Shown: positions 1 through 10,279, numbered from the stretch's first letter. The stretch is 64,000 nt of DNA from an uncultured Acidobacteriota bacterium (GCA_963779175.1 CAVZXA010000007.1:281086-345085); one strand, 5' to 3'. Notes: generated by a model not told the origin, from the letters alone. Numbers and translations: made by a program.

Positions 1-206
1 AGGCCGCGTGGGAAGGCGCCATCCAGCAGGTGCTGGCGGCGTGCAAAGCCAACAACATCGCCTGCGGCTTTCCGGCCAGCGCCACCGACATCGAAACGCG
101 CATGAAGCAGGGCTTCAACGTGTTCGTCATGAACTGGGGCGACGCCGGCTTCAAGACCGTCGAGGCCGGTCGCAAGATCGCTGGTCGCACCGACGCGACC
201 CGGTAG
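1..206 (+). CDS. C-terminal part of probable HpcH/HpaI aldolase-family protein (5' truncated by window)
   Basis: Frame from nt 3 reads AAWEGAIQQVLAACKANNIACGFPASATDIETRMKQGFNVFVMNWGDAG...TR*, resembling HpcH C-termini. Confidence 0.5.
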   Translation, partial: AAWEGAIQQVLAACKANNIACGFPASATDIETRMKQGFNVFVMNWGDAGFKTVEAGRKIAGRTDATR

Positions 207-310
207 CGCCACCTCTTCCCTCGCGACGAGGGCGTGCCTGCCACGGCGCGCCCTCGCCTCCCGTCGTTTGTGCCTTGCGCGCGGCGCCGCGGTACTGTTA
301 CCTTGGTACC

Positions 311-616
311 ATGACAACAAAGTCACAACAGCGGCAGAGGCCCCGCGAAGTGGCGGTCGAGCGCGTCCAGACCGGCCTGCGGCTCGAGAAGCGCCTGCTC
401 AAGGTCGCCAAGGCGCTGGCCGACTCCCTGGACCTCACGCTCGGCGATCTGGTGGAGGGCGTGCTGCTGCACGCCCTCGAAGGGAAGGCGCCGTTCAGTG
501 CGTCCACCCTGGCGCGCGCGGCGCAGTTGCGCGAGGTCTTCGGTCTCGACCTGCGTGCGGCCGACGCCCACCATCTCACCGAGCGGCCGGCCGTCGCAGC
601 GGGGAGGAAGTCATGA
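311..616 (+). CDS. Small hypothetical protein, possible ribbon-helix-helix DNA-binding fold
   Basis: MTTKSQ...ERVQTGLRLEKRLLKVAKALADSLDLTLGDLVEGVLLHALEG shows a strand-helix-helix pattern; stop overlaps next ATG (ATGA). Confidence 0.6.
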   Translation: MTTKSQQRQRPREVAVERVQTGLRLEKRLLKVAKALADSLDLTLGDLVEGVLLHALEGKAPFSASTLARAAQLREVFGLDLRAADAHHLTERPAVAAGRKS

Positions 617-1023
617 CGGCGCTCGACGACCACGCCTTCGTCGCCGCGTTTCGCGACGCGTCCCTGCCCACGAGCGCCTTCCATCACCGCGACCACGTGC
701 GTATGGCGTGGCTCTACGTCGGCGAGCACGGCGCGGTGGAGGCGGCGTCGCGCTTTGCCGCCGACCTGCAGACGTTCGCGCGCGCCAAGGGCGTGCCCGG
801 GCTGTATCACGCGACCATCACCGGCGCCTACATCGCGCTCATCGCCGAGCGACGGCTGCAGACGCCTGCCGGCACCTGGGACGACTTCGCGGCCGCGCAT
901 CCCGACCTGCTCACCTGGAAGCCGGGAGTGCTCGATCGCTACTACTCGGCCGAGCGGCTGTGGTGCGACACCGCACGGGCGCAGTTCCTGATGCCGGACC
1001 GGGCCGGACTCGCTGAACTCTGA
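613..1023 (+). CDS. Conserved hypothetical protein
   Basis: MTALDDHAFVAAFRDASLPTSAFHHRDHVRMAW...YHATIT...YYS...FLMPD; translationally coupled to upstream ORF. Confidence 0.7.
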   Translation: MTALDDHAFVAAFRDASLPTSAFHHRDHVRMAWLYVGEHGAVEAASRFAADLQTFARAKGVPGLYHATITGAYIALIAERRLQTPAGTWDDFAAAHPDLLTWKPGVLDRYYSAERLWCDTARAQFLMPDRAGLAEL

Positions 1024-1055
1024 TTGCTGGCGCGCGTTCACGCCTTGCTGAACAA

Positions 1056-1088
1056 TTCAAGGCCCGCCTTGAATGGGGTCTGACCCCA
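1056..1088. repeat. REP-like double hairpin TTCAAGGCCCGCCTTGAA + TGGGGTCTGACCCCA
   Basis: 1056-1087 is identical to 8312-8343; the GGGGTCWGACCCC core recurs at 29781, 34486 and 42082. Confidence 0.8.
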
Positions 1089-1247
1089 CCGCACGTCGAA
1101 TAGTGCGACGGCGAGCCTTGCGCGCATATAATCCCAGCCGCCGGCCACGCCCGCACGCTCACCACAACAAGAGAAACGGCTCGCGTCCAAACGGCGGCTG
1201 GTGCGATCGCCTCCTGGTTCCGGGGCTGGTTCTTCGAGGATGCGAAC

Positions 1248-4200
1248 ATGAGTCACCACCTTGTCCGTGTTGGTGTTCCCTGCGTCTGCGCGCTCCTTGT
1301 CGTCGTTGGTTGGGCGTACCGTGGGGAACCGGGCTCAGGGTCACGCCTGGCCCTGACGCCCGAGCAACGCGCCGCCATCGAGCGCGAAGGCCGACGGGCC
1401 GGCGAGCCCTTCGATGCGCCCGATGAGGCCCTCGCCTTCTACGTCAACAAGCGCACCGGACCGATCATCACGCGCGGAGACAATCCGACGCGCGGCATGC
1501 GCACCCTCGATGCGGCGGCCTACCTGCCGGCCTTGCGACACATGCGCGCGATGCCGCGCTACTCGACGGCGACGCGCACCGTGCTGCCGAGCTACAACGA
1601 CGATCCCGGTGTGATGGCGCCGCCTGGCGGCGCGCTCGGCACCTGGCGCAGTCTCGGGCCGGCCAATCAGGGCGGCCGCACGCGGGCGCTTCTCGTCGAC
1701 CCGAACGATCCCAACGTGATGTATGCCGGCGGCGTCGCCGGCGGTGTGTGGAAGTCGACCGATGCGGGTGCGAGCTGGACGCCGACGACCGACCTCCAGA
1801 TGCCGAACATCGCCATCGCCTCCCTGGTCTTCGATCCCGCGAACTCCAACATCATCTACGCCGGCACCGGCGAGGGGACGTTCAACAGCGACGCGGTGCG
1901 GGGCGCGGGCATCTTCGCGTCGACGGACGCGGGCGTCACGTGGACGCAGCTCCCCTCGACGGCCACGGCGGAGTTCCACTACGTCAACAGCCTGGTGGTC
2001 AGTCCCCGCAACACGCAGCGCCTCTTCGCCGCCACCCGCACGGGGCTGTATCGCTCGACCGACGGCGGAACGAGCTGGACCGAGCTGGTATCGGCCACGA
2101 GTGTGAACGGCTGCACACAAGTCGCGCTGCAGCTGCTGGGCGGCACGGGCTACGTGTTCGCCTCGTGCGGCAACTTCGCGCAGGGCACGATCTATCGGGC
2201 AGACGACGACGATACCTCCCCGTTCACCAGCGTGCTGAGCGTGACCGGGCAGGGGCGGAGCTCGATCGCAATCGCGCCGTCGAGTGAAAGTACCGTCTAC
2301 GTGATGGCGTCGTCGCTGACGTCGGGCGGCACGGGCCTCTACGGTCTGCATGCGGTGTACCGCTCAACCTCGAACGGGGACGCCGGGTCGTTCACGACCC
2401 GAACCGATGGGAAGGGCACGGGCACGACGCTCCCCGCACGCCTCGGCCGAGCGCTCCTCACGAACCCCGTGTACGCCTTTCTCTCCGATTGCAGCTTTGG
2501 GTCCACTTCGTTCTTCAATCAAGGGTGGTACGACAACGTGATCGCGGTCGACCCGGTGGATCCGGACCGCGTGTGGGCCGGCGGTATCGACCTCTTTCGA
2601 TCCGATGACGGCGGGTTGACGTGGGGCACCACGGGCTACTGGTGGTTCCCCAAGGGCAACCCGGACTACCACCACGCCGACCAGCACGCCGTCGTGTTCC
2701 ACCCGCACTACGATGGCACGACCAACACGGTCATGTTCTCGGCCAGCGACGGTGGCGTCGACCGCATCGACGACGCCCGGGCGGTCACGCACCAGTCGCT
2801 GCCGGCCATCTGCGGAACGCCGACCGTGGGGGCCGCTCCCTGGACCGATCGGAACGCGGGCTACGTCACGACGCAGTTCTACGACGGGACGTCGTACCCC
2901 GACGGCGCCACCTACTTCGGCGGCCTGCAGGACAACGGCACGCAGCGTGGGTCCACCGCCAGCCCCGACTGGTCGATCCTCACGGGCGGCGACGGTGGGT
3001 ACGTGGCCGTCAACACGCTCGGCGATGCCGTGCCCGGGAACGACGTGCTGTTCGCCGAGTTCACGGGCCTGTCGCTCCAGAGATCCATCAACGGCGGCAG
3101 CAGTTTCGTCAGCGCCACCACAGGTATCAATGACGGCGGCTTCCCGTTCATTGCGCCCTTCACGATGAACCAGGGGTTCAAGCAGCACCTGTGGATGGGC
3201 GGCTGGTACATCTGGCGCACGACCAACCAGGCGACCTCCTGGGTCCGGGCGTCGGCCATCACGGCCGGCAACGGGTCGATCTCCGCGGTCGCCGCGCATC
3301 CCGTGGATCCGAATCGCGTGCTCGTCGGAATGTCGGATGGGTACATTCACTGGAACACCGCCGCCCTGTCCGCTACGTCGGCGACGGCATGGCCGAATAC
3401 ACGGCCAAGTACCGGCTACATCTCGTCGGTGGCGTGGGATCCCACGAACGTGAACGTCGCCTACGCGACGGTGTCGGCGTTCGGTGTGCCGAATCTCTAC
3501 AAGTCGACTGACGGGGGGGCGACGTGGGTGCCGAGCGTCGGGATCGACGTGACGGCGCTACCGCAGATTCCCGCGCACAGCGTCGTCGTGAATCCCGACG
3601 ACAGTCAGCAGGTGTACGTAGGCACCGATTTGGGCGTCTTCACGACCGTGGATGGTGGCGCCAGCTGGTATGTGGAGAACACCGGCTTTTCGAACACGGT
3701 GGTCGAATCGCTGAAGATCAACGAGACGGCGCCGCACTACCTGTATGCGTTCACGCACGGGCGTGGCGCCTGGCGTGTCACCACGTCCGGCGGACCCACG
3801 GCGCCCATTGCCACCGACGACGCCGAGGCGACGCCCCTGGACACGCCGCTGACCGTCAGCACCCCCGGCGTGCTCAGCACCGACGACGAGAACGGCGGGG
3901 GAGCCATGACGGCAGTGCTCGAAGCCGGACCTGCCAGCGGCACGTTGTCGCTGGCCAGCGACGGCGGCTTCACGTTCACGCCGGCGACCGGATTCGCCGG
4001 GCCCATGACGTTCACGTATCGAGCGCTCAACAGCGGCGGACTCAGCAACATCGCCACGGTCACGGTGACGGTGGGCGGCGGCGGATCGGCGCCGACGAGC
4101 GTCGACGACACCTATCGCTACTTCTACGTGACGCCGCTGACCGTGGCGGCGCCAGGCGTGCTCGACAACGACGTGGACAACGGCGGCGGGACGATGACAG

Positions 4201-4658
4201 CCGTGCTCCTGTCGCAGCCCACGAACGGCACGGTGGCGTTGAACGACGACGGCAGTTTCACCTATTCGCCGACGGCGGACTTCGTGCAACCCGAGACGTT
4301 CACGTATCGCGCCGACAACGCCGCGGGCCAGGGGCCGGTGGCGACGGTCTCGTTGTACGTATCGCCCCCGATTCTGGCGGCCAACGACGATGCCTTCGCC
4401 ACGGCGAGGAACGCCAGGCTCGCCGTGCCCGGGCCGGGTGTGCTCGCCAACGACGCGGTGGGTGCTGGCGCGTCCGCCGTAAGGGTGACATCGCCGGCGC
4501 ATGGCGTACTGAGGCTGCGATCCAACGGCGGGTTCGCCTACGTCCCGCACCGCGGGTTCTCGGGGACTGACGCGTTCACCTACCGGATCACGAACGGTGC
4601 GACGTCGAGTCGTGCGGCGACCGTCACGATCTCGGTGGTCGCTCGGCGTGCGGGCTGA
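1248..4658 (+). CDS. Secreted BNR/Asp-box beta-propeller protein (glycosyl hydrolase/VPS10-like) with three C-terminal Ig-like (Big_9-type) repeats
   Basis: N-terminal hydrophobic segment; repeated S-T-D-x-G-x-[ST]-W boxes (KSTDAGASW, RSTDGGTSW, RSDDGGLTW); GLQDNGT; FTHGRGAW; tail repeats GVLxND...DGxFTY. Confidence 0.85.
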   Translation: MSHHLVRVGVPCVCALLVVVGWAYRGEPGSGSRLALTPEQRAAIEREGRRAGEPFDAPDEALAFYVNKRTGPIITRGDNPTRGMRTLDAAAYLPALRHMRAMPRYSTATRTVLPSYNDDPGVMAPPGGALGTWRSLGPANQGGRTRALLVDPNDPNVMYAGGVAGGVWKSTDAGASWTPTTDLQMPNIAIASLVFDPANSNIIYAGTGEGTFNSDAVRGAGIFASTDAGVTWTQLPSTATAEFHYVNSLVVSPRNTQRLFAATRTGLYRSTDGGTSWTELVSATSVNGCTQVALQLLGGTGYVFASCGNFAQGTIYRADDDDTSPFTSVLSVTGQGRSSIAIAPSSESTVYVMASSLTSGGTGLYGLHAVYRSTSNGDAGSFTTRTDGKGTGTTLPARLGRALLTNPVYAFLSDCSFGSTSFFNQGWYDNVIAVDPVDPDRVWAGGIDLFRSDDGGLTWGTTGYWWFPKGNPDYHHADQHAVVFHPHYDGTTNTVMFSASDGGVDRIDDARAVTHQSLPAICGTPTVGAAPWTDRNAGYVTTQFYDGTSYPDGATYFGGLQDNGTQRGSTASPDWSILTGGDGGYVAVNTLGDAVPGNDVLFAEFTGLSLQRSINGGSSFVSATTGINDGGFPFIAPFTMNQGFKQHLWMGGWYIWRTTNQATSWVRASAITAGNGSISAVAAHPVDPNRVLVGMSDGYIHWNTAALSATSATAWPNTRPSTGYISSVAWDPTNVNVAYATVSAFGVPNLYKSTDGGATWVPSVGIDVTALPQIPAHSVVVNPDDSQQVYVGTDLGVFTTVDGGASWYVENTGFSNTVVESLKINETAPHYLYAFTHGRGAWRVTTSGGPTAPIATDDAEATPLDTPLTVSTPGVLSTDDENGGGAMTAVLEAGPASGTLSLASDGGFTFTPATGFAGPMTFTYRALNSGGLSNIATVTVTVGGGGSAPTSVDDTYRYFYVTPLTVAAPGVLDNDVDNGGGTMTAVLLSQPTNGTVALNDDGSFTYSPTADFVQPETFTYRADNAAGQGPVATVSLYVSPPILAANDDAFATARNARLAVPGPGVLANDAVGAGASAVRVTSPAHGVLRLRSNGGFAYVPHRGFSGTDAFTYRITNGATSSRAATVTISVVARRAG

Positions 4659-4760
4659 CCCGCCTGGGAGCCGGCCACAACGTCATTCACACGTCACGGC
4701 CTTCGACTACGCTTGTCCCACCGGTACGCACGTTCTGCGTACACCGGGAGAGGATGCGTC

Positions 4761-7700
4761 ATGAGCCTGGGAACGAACATACGTCACGTGGCAGGATCTG
4801 CCACGGCCCTGATGGCGGCTATTGCGATCGGTGCGGCGGTGTTGCCGCTGCTCGCCGATGGCACTCCGCAGGCACTGCCCGTCACCCAGAGCTGGACCGA
4901 CACGTCGCTCATCTCGACCAACGACGTCTGGGCCGGCGTGCCCGGCATCGAAGGCTTCCGCGGCGATGCCCTCACCGCGGTGAACGACGTCGATGCGCGC
5001 ACGGTGCTCGCCGCCGACGATCCGGGCGTGCCCGACGTGAACGCCAACCAGACCGCCCCGAATACCTTCAGCACCGGCGGCGTCACCGAGTTCGAACTGG
5101 CGGATCCGGTCATCGCGCTCACCGGGTCCGGCACCGCCGATGCGCCCTACATCCGCGTCACCCTCACCACGGCGGGCGTGACTGGCGTGCGCGTGCGCTA
5201 CAACCTGCGCGATCTCGACGGCTCGGTCGACAACGCCCCGCAGCAGGTCGCGCTCCACTACCGCGTCGGCACCTCCGGCGCCTGGACGGATGTGCCGGCG
5301 GCCTACGTGGCCGACGCCACCACCGGCCCCAGCCTGGCGACGCTCGTCACGCCGGTCGACGTCACCCTGCCGGCCGCGGTCAACGACCAGCCGGTCGTGC
5401 AACTGCGAATCCTGACGACCAACGCCAGCGGCAACGACGAATGGGTCGGCATCGACGACCTGCGCATCGAGCCGGCCACCGCTCCGACGGCGCCGTCGAT
5501 CACGGCGGCCTCGGGCACCCCGAGCCCCGTCGAGTGGGGGCAGACGCTGGTCATCGCGGCCACCGTGGCGCCCGGCACCAATCCGCCGAGCGGGTCGCTG
5601 ACGGTCACGGCTGATGCCACCAGCGTGGGCGGCCCGGCCGCGATCTCGCTGCTCGACAACGGCGTCGCGCCGGATGTCAGCGCCGGAGACCTCGTGTTCA
5701 CCGGATCGACGGCGGTGGCCGCGTCGGCCGGCGTCGGTGCCCGCACGATCGGGCTGGCCGTCGTCGACGACCTGGCGCGCCTCGGCGCCGGCACCCTGAC
5801 GGTGCAGGTCACCCAGCCGGTTCAGGTCGTGACGATTCCGGAGATTCAGGGCAGCGGCGCGGCCTCGCCGCTTGCCGGCCAGGTCGTGCGCACGAGCGGC
5901 GTCGTCACGGCGCGCAAGTTCAACGGACTGTTCATCCAGAGCGAGCCGGGCACCGAAGACGGCAACCCGGCCACCTCCGACGGCGTCTTCGTGTTCACGA
6001 GCAGCGCGCCGAGCGCGGCGTTCCAGCCGGGCGATGTCGTGAGCGTGACGGGCACGGTGGTCGAGTTCATTCCGTCGGCCAATCCGGTGAGCCCGCCCCT
6101 GACCGAGCTCTCGTTTGCCGCCATCACCGAAACCGGCACCGCGCCACTGCCGGCGCCGGTGGCCATCACGCCGGGCGATGCGGATCCGAACGGCGGATTG
6201 CAGCAGCTCGAGCACCGCGAGGGCATGCTCGTCTCGGTGCCGTCGATAACGGCGGTGGCGCCCTCGGCCGGCAACGTCACCGAATCGACCAACACCGGCT
6301 CGAACACCGGCGTCTTCTTCGCCGTGCTGACCGGGACGCCGCGTCCGGTGCGGGAAGCCGGCATCGAGGCGATGAACCCGGTGCCTACGTGTGCGGCCGG
6401 CACCGGCTGCACCATCCCGGTGTTCGACCAGAACCCGGAACGCCTGCGTGTGGATGCCGACGCCATCCTCGGCGTCACGGCGCCGGTGGTCACGACCGGC
6501 GCGGTGATGACCGACGTCATCGCCGTCGTCGACTACGGCTTCCGCACCTACACGCTGCTGCCGACACAAACGTTGGTGCCGTCGAACGTGGCCACCGGCA
6601 CGGCCGCCAGGCCGCGTCAGGCCGGCGAGTTCACAGTGGCGTCCTTCAACCTGCAGCGGCTCTTCGACACGGTGAACGACCCGGCGATCGGCGACCCAAT
6701 CGTGACGCCAGTCGCCTACGCGAACCGCCTGACCAAGCTCTCGGCTGCAGTGCGCGACTACCTGCACACGCCCGACGTTCTCGGGGTGCAGGAAGCCGAG
6801 AACCTGCTGGTGCTGCAGGATCTGGCGGCGAAGATCGACCAGGAGGCGACGGCCAACGGCCAGGCGCCGCCCGGCTACACGGCGCACCTCCTCGAAGGGA
6901 ACGACATCGGCGGCATCGACGTCGGGTTCCTGGTGGCGGCCCGCGTGACCGTGCAGAGCGTCGTGCAGTTCGGCAAGGACGACCAGTACACGAATCCCCT
7001 CAACGGCCAGCTCGAACTGCTCAACGATCGGCCGTCGTTGGCACTGCGGGGCACGATCGCGGCCGAACCAGGCACGCTGCCGGCCGAGGTCATGGTCGTC
7101 GTGAACCATCTGCGGTCGCTCAACGGGGTCGATGATCCGATCGACGGTCCGCGGGTGCGCGCCAAGCGGCTCGCCCAGGGCGAGTACGTGGCCCGGCTGC
7201 TCGACAGCCTGCGCGGCAGCTACCCCGGCGTGCCGGTCGTCTCGGTGGGCGACTACAACGCCTTCGAGCTCAACGACGGCTACGTGGACGTGCTCGGCAT
7301 CGTCCGCGGCGTCCCGGCGCCGGCGTCGGACGTCGTGGCGTATGCCGGCGACCTGCTCACCCCCGACTTCCTGCTGGCGCCGGCGGTGGCCGGCACCGCG
7401 GCCGACCAGACCTACTCGTATTCGTTCGACGGCAACGCGCAGTCGCTCGACCACGTGCTGGTTTCGGCGGAGGCCGCAGGCGCGCTCACCGACTTCGACC
7501 ACGCGCGCGTGAACGCCGACTTCCCGGAGGTCTATCGCGGCGATGCGACGCGCGTCGAACGCACGTCAGACCACGACCCGGCGATCGCCTACTTCGCGTT
7601 CCCGCGCGACACCACGGCGCCGGTCGTGACCGTGCCGGCCAGCCAGCAGGTGCCGGCGCAGGGCCCGTTCGGCGCGGTGGTGACGTTTACGGCCACGGCG

Positions 7701-8282
7701 ACCGACGACATCGACGGCGCGGTGCCGGTCTCCTGCACGCCCGCCTCGGGCACGCTGTTTCCCTACGGCGCGACCGTCGTGACCTGCACCGCCACTGACG
7801 CGGTGGGGAACATCGGCGCGGCGTCGTTCACGGTGACGGTCGGGGATCCGACGAGCGCGGGACTGATGGCCGGGGCGACGCTGCGGGGGCTCGGCTCCGG
7901 GGGCACGCAGGTGGTCTTCAGCGCCGTGCGGACGACGGCCGGGGCGGCGGGGGCGAGCGTGCTGGCGATCGGCCGTGCCACCGGCGCCGCGCCGCGGCTC
8001 TTCGTGGCCACGCGCATCGACGGCGTCGGGTTCTTCGATGACCCGGCCTCATCGCCTGGCCGGTGGCCGGCCAGCGGCATCGACACGACGCGGGTGAGGG
8101 GCACCGGATGGCTCAACGGCGTGGCTGGCCATACCTTCGATCTGGTGGCGGTCGACCGCGGCGAACCCGGCCGCCGCCGTGACGTCGTCACGCTCACCGT
8201 GCGCGACGCGCAGGGCGCCGTGGTCCTGCAGACGAGTGGCGTCATCGACGCCGGCAACGTGGACTCGCTGCCGATCTGGTAG
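4761..8282 (+). CDS. Extracellular ExeM/NucH-like endonuclease (OB fold + EEP domain) with HYR domain
   Basis: Signal peptide; TIPEIQG..SPLAGQVVRTSGVVTA OB motif; EEP motifs VASFNLQRLFD, GVQEAEN, VVNHLRS, GDYNA, LDHVLVS, SDHDP; HYR-like TATDDIDG..VSCTPASGTLFPYG. Confidence 0.85.
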   Translation: MSLGTNIRHVAGSATALMAAIAIGAAVLPLLADGTPQALPVTQSWTDTSLISTNDVWAGVPGIEGFRGDALTAVNDVDARTVLAADDPGVPDVNANQTAPNTFSTGGVTEFELADPVIALTGSGTADAPYIRVTLTTAGVTGVRVRYNLRDLDGSVDNAPQQVALHYRVGTSGAWTDVPAAYVADATTGPSLATLVTPVDVTLPAAVNDQPVVQLRILTTNASGNDEWVGIDDLRIEPATAPTAPSITAASGTPSPVEWGQTLVIAATVAPGTNPPSGSLTVTADATSVGGPAAISLLDNGVAPDVSAGDLVFTGSTAVAASAGVGARTIGLAVVDDLARLGAGTLTVQVTQPVQVVTIPEIQGSGAASPLAGQVVRTSGVVTARKFNGLFIQSEPGTEDGNPATSDGVFVFTSSAPSAAFQPGDVVSVTGTVVEFIPSANPVSPPLTELSFAAITETGTAPLPAPVAITPGDADPNGGLQQLEHREGMLVSVPSITAVAPSAGNVTESTNTGSNTGVFFAVLTGTPRPVREAGIEAMNPVPTCAAGTGCTIPVFDQNPERLRVDADAILGVTAPVVTTGAVMTDVIAVVDYGFRTYTLLPTQTLVPSNVATGTAARPRQAGEFTVASFNLQRLFDTVNDPAIGDPIVTPVAYANRLTKLSAAVRDYLHTPDVLGVQEAENLLVLQDLAAKIDQEATANGQAPPGYTAHLLEGNDIGGIDVGFLVAARVTVQSVVQFGKDDQYTNPLNGQLELLNDRPSLALRGTIAAEPGTLPAEVMVVVNHLRSLNGVDDPIDGPRVRAKRLAQGEYVARLLDSLRGSYPGVPVVSVGDYNAFELNDGYVDVLGIVRGVPAPASDVVAYAGDLLTPDFLLAPAVAGTAADQTYSYSFDGNAQSLDHVLVSAEAAGALTDFDHARVNADFPEVYRGDATRVERTSDHDPAIAYFAFPRDTTAPVVTVPASQQVPAQGPFGAVVTFTATATDDIDGAVPVSCTPASGTLFPYGATVVTCTATDAVGNIGAASFTVTVGDPTSAGLMAGATLRGLGSGGTQVVFSAVRTTAGAAGASVLAIGRATGAAPRLFVATRIDGVGFFDDPASSPGRWPASGIDTTRVRGTGWLNGVAGHTFDLVAVDRGEPGRRRDVVTLTVRDAQGAVVLQTSGVIDAGNVDSLPIW

Positions 8283-8297
8283 GGCAGATCCTGCAAC

Positions 8298-8343
8298 GGG
8301 GTCAGACCCTGTTCAAGGCCCGCCTTGAATGGGGTCTGACCCC
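8298..8343. repeat. REP-like cluster between convergent genes (GGGGTCAGACCC, TTCAAGGC hairpin, GGGGTCTGACCCC)
   Basis: Two core palindromes flank the same hairpin seen at 1056. Confidence 0.8.
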
Positions 8344-8355
8344 GCTGGGTCGCCG

Positions 8356-9534
8356 CTATGCACCGCACATGCGGGCGATGGCGTCGTCGGTGTAGCCGAG
8401 CGCGGCGAGCACGACGCTGGTATGTTCGCCGAGCAGCGGCGCCCGCCGCGTCGGATCGAGCGGCGTCTCCGACATCTTGATCGGGGTGCCGATGGTGCGC
8501 ACGTGGCCGAGCACGGGATGCTCCACCGCGGTCGCCATTTCCCGGGCCTGCGCCTGCGGCTGGTCGAACGCCTCCGCGTAGTCGAGGATCGGCCCGCATG
8601 GAATCCCCGCCTCATCCAGGCGCGTGAGCCACGTGTCCCGCGTGGCCGTTGCCGTGACCTCTTCGATGGCGGCCGCGAGCGCCTCGCGATGGGCGACGCG
8701 GGTGGTGTCGGTCGCAAACCGCGGGTCGGCGATCCACTCGGGATGCCCGAGCACCTCGGCGACCCGCTCGAAGGTCCGCTGATTGGCGGCGCCGAGCGTG
8801 ATGTAGCCATCGGCGCAGCGCACGGCTTGATAGGGCGCGCTCATCCGGTGGGCGGAGCCGAGCGGCCCCGGCACGCCGCGTCCGCTGAAGTACTCCGTCG
8901 CCTCCCACACCGACAGCGCCAGCCCCGCATCACCGAGCGAGGTGTCGATGTGCTGGCCGCGGCCGGTGCGATCGCGGTAGTGCAGCGCCGCCAGGATGCC
9001 CGAGAGGGCGAAGAGGCCGGCGCCGAGATCCGTCACCGGGATGCCGGCCTTGACCGGCGGGCGTCCAGGCTCGCCGGTGACCGACATGATGCCCGACACC
9101 CCCTGCGCCACCAGATCGAAGCCGCCTTTGGCGGCCCACGGGCCGGTCTGGCCGTACCCGGAGATCGATGCGTAGACCAGATGCGGGTTCTCGACCGCCA
9201 GCGCGCGGTAGTCGAGGCCGAGCTTGGCCATCACGCCCGGGCGGAAGTTCTCGATGAGGATGTCGGCGGTCGAAGCCAGCCGCCGGAAGGCGTCGCGCGC
9301 GTCGTCGCGCCGCAGATCCAGCACCACGCCGAGCTTGCCGCGGTTGACGGCGTTGAAGGCGGCGCTCTCGGTGCCGATGGCGCCGGCCATGTGCCGGGTC
9401 GAGTCGCCGCGCGGCGGCTCCACTTTGATGACGCGGGCGCCCATGTCCGCCAGTAACATCGCGCAATAGGGCCCCGCCATCACCTGGGTGAGGTCGAGCA
9501 CCACTATGCCTTCGAGCAACGTAGTCTTGGACAT
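8356..9534 (-). CDS. CaiB/BaiF family III CoA-transferase
   Basis: MSKTTLLEGIVVLDLTQVMAGPYCAMLLADMGARVIKVEPP; NRGK; DILIENFRPG; SISGYGQTGP; GFDLVAQG; APLLGEHT. Confidence 0.93.
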   Translation of the reverse strand: MSKTTLLEGIVVLDLTQVMAGPYCAMLLADMGARVIKVEPPRGDSTRHMAGAIGTESAAFNAVNRGKLGVVLDLRRDDARDAFRRLASTADILIENFRPGVMAKLGLDYRALAVENPHLVYASISGYGQTGPWAAKGGFDLVAQGVSGIMSVTGEPGRPPVKAGIPVTDLGAGLFALSGILAALHYRDRTGRGQHIDTSLGDAGLALSVWEATEYFSGRGVPGPLGSAHRMSAPYQAVRCADGYITLGAANQRTFERVAEVLGHPEWIADPRFATDTTRVAHREALAAAIEEVTATATRDTWLTRLDEAGIPCGPILDYAEAFDQPQAQAREMATAVEHPVLGHVRTIGTPIKMSETPLDPTRRAPLLGEHTSVVLAALGYTDDAIARMCGA

Positions 9535-10279
9535 CGACGGACCTGTCGCCACCATCACGCTGGCGCGGACGGCGGCGAAGAATGCCCTGACGTGGGAGAT
9601 GTACGACGCCCTCGTCGAGGCCTGTGACGCCGTGCCCGGGTCGGGCGCGCGCGTGGTCATCATACGAGGTTCGGGCGGCGCCTTCTCGTCGGGCACCGAC
9701 ATCCGCCAGTTCGACGACCTCAGAACCGGCGCCGACGGCCTCGCCTACGAGCGGCGGATCGGCGCGGTCATCGATCGCGTCGAAGCGATCGAGGTGCCGA
9801 CCATCGCCTCGGTGGACGGGCCCGCGGTGGGCGGCGGCTGCGCGATTGCGGTGGCCTGCGACCTGCGCGTGGCGGCCGACTCGGCCACCTTCGGCGTGCC
9901 GGTCGCGCGCACGCTCGGCAACTGCCTCTCGGTCGAAAACCTGGCTCGCCTGGTCGATCTGGTCGGCCCCGGCCGCGCCACCGAGATGCTGTTCACCGGC
10001 CGGCTCGTGTCGGCCGATCAGGCGCTTGAATGGGGCCTCGTGACGAAGGTGCTGCCGGTGGCCGAGCTCGAGACCGAGACGCTGGCCCTGGCGCTCGAGC
10101 TGTCGCGCCGCGCGCCGAGCACGCTCACGGCCACCAAACTGATGCTGCGGCGGCTGCGCGCGCACCGGCGTCCGCCGGTCGGCGCCTGTGACGATCTCAT
10201 CGCCGCCTGCTACGGCAGCGCGGACTTCCGGGAAGGCGTCGCCGCCTTCGCCGCCCGTCGCAAACCGGCCTTCAGCTGA
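9506..10279 (+). CDS. Enoyl-CoA hydratase/isomerase family protein
   Basis: GPVATITLAR..KNALT; AFSSGTDI; PTIASVDGPAVGGGCAIAVACDLR; SADFREGVAAF. Confidence 0.92.
   Translation: MPSSNVVLDIDGPVATITLARTAAKNALTWEMYDALVEACDAVPGSGARVVIIRGSGGAFSSGTDIRQFDDLRTGADGLAYERRIGAVIDRVEAIEVPTIASVDGPAVGGGCAIAVACDLRVAADSATFGVPVARTLGNCLSVENLARLVDLVGPGRATEMLFTGRLVSADQALEWGLVTKVLPVAELETETLALALELSRRAPSTLTATKLMLRRLRAHRRPPVGACDDLIAACYGSADFREGVAAFAARRKPAFS

Noticed and set aside
1056-8343. 32-bp direct repeats as prophage or ICE att sites
   Set aside because: No integrase or tRNA nearby, and the repeat is palindromic and belongs to a dispersed family.
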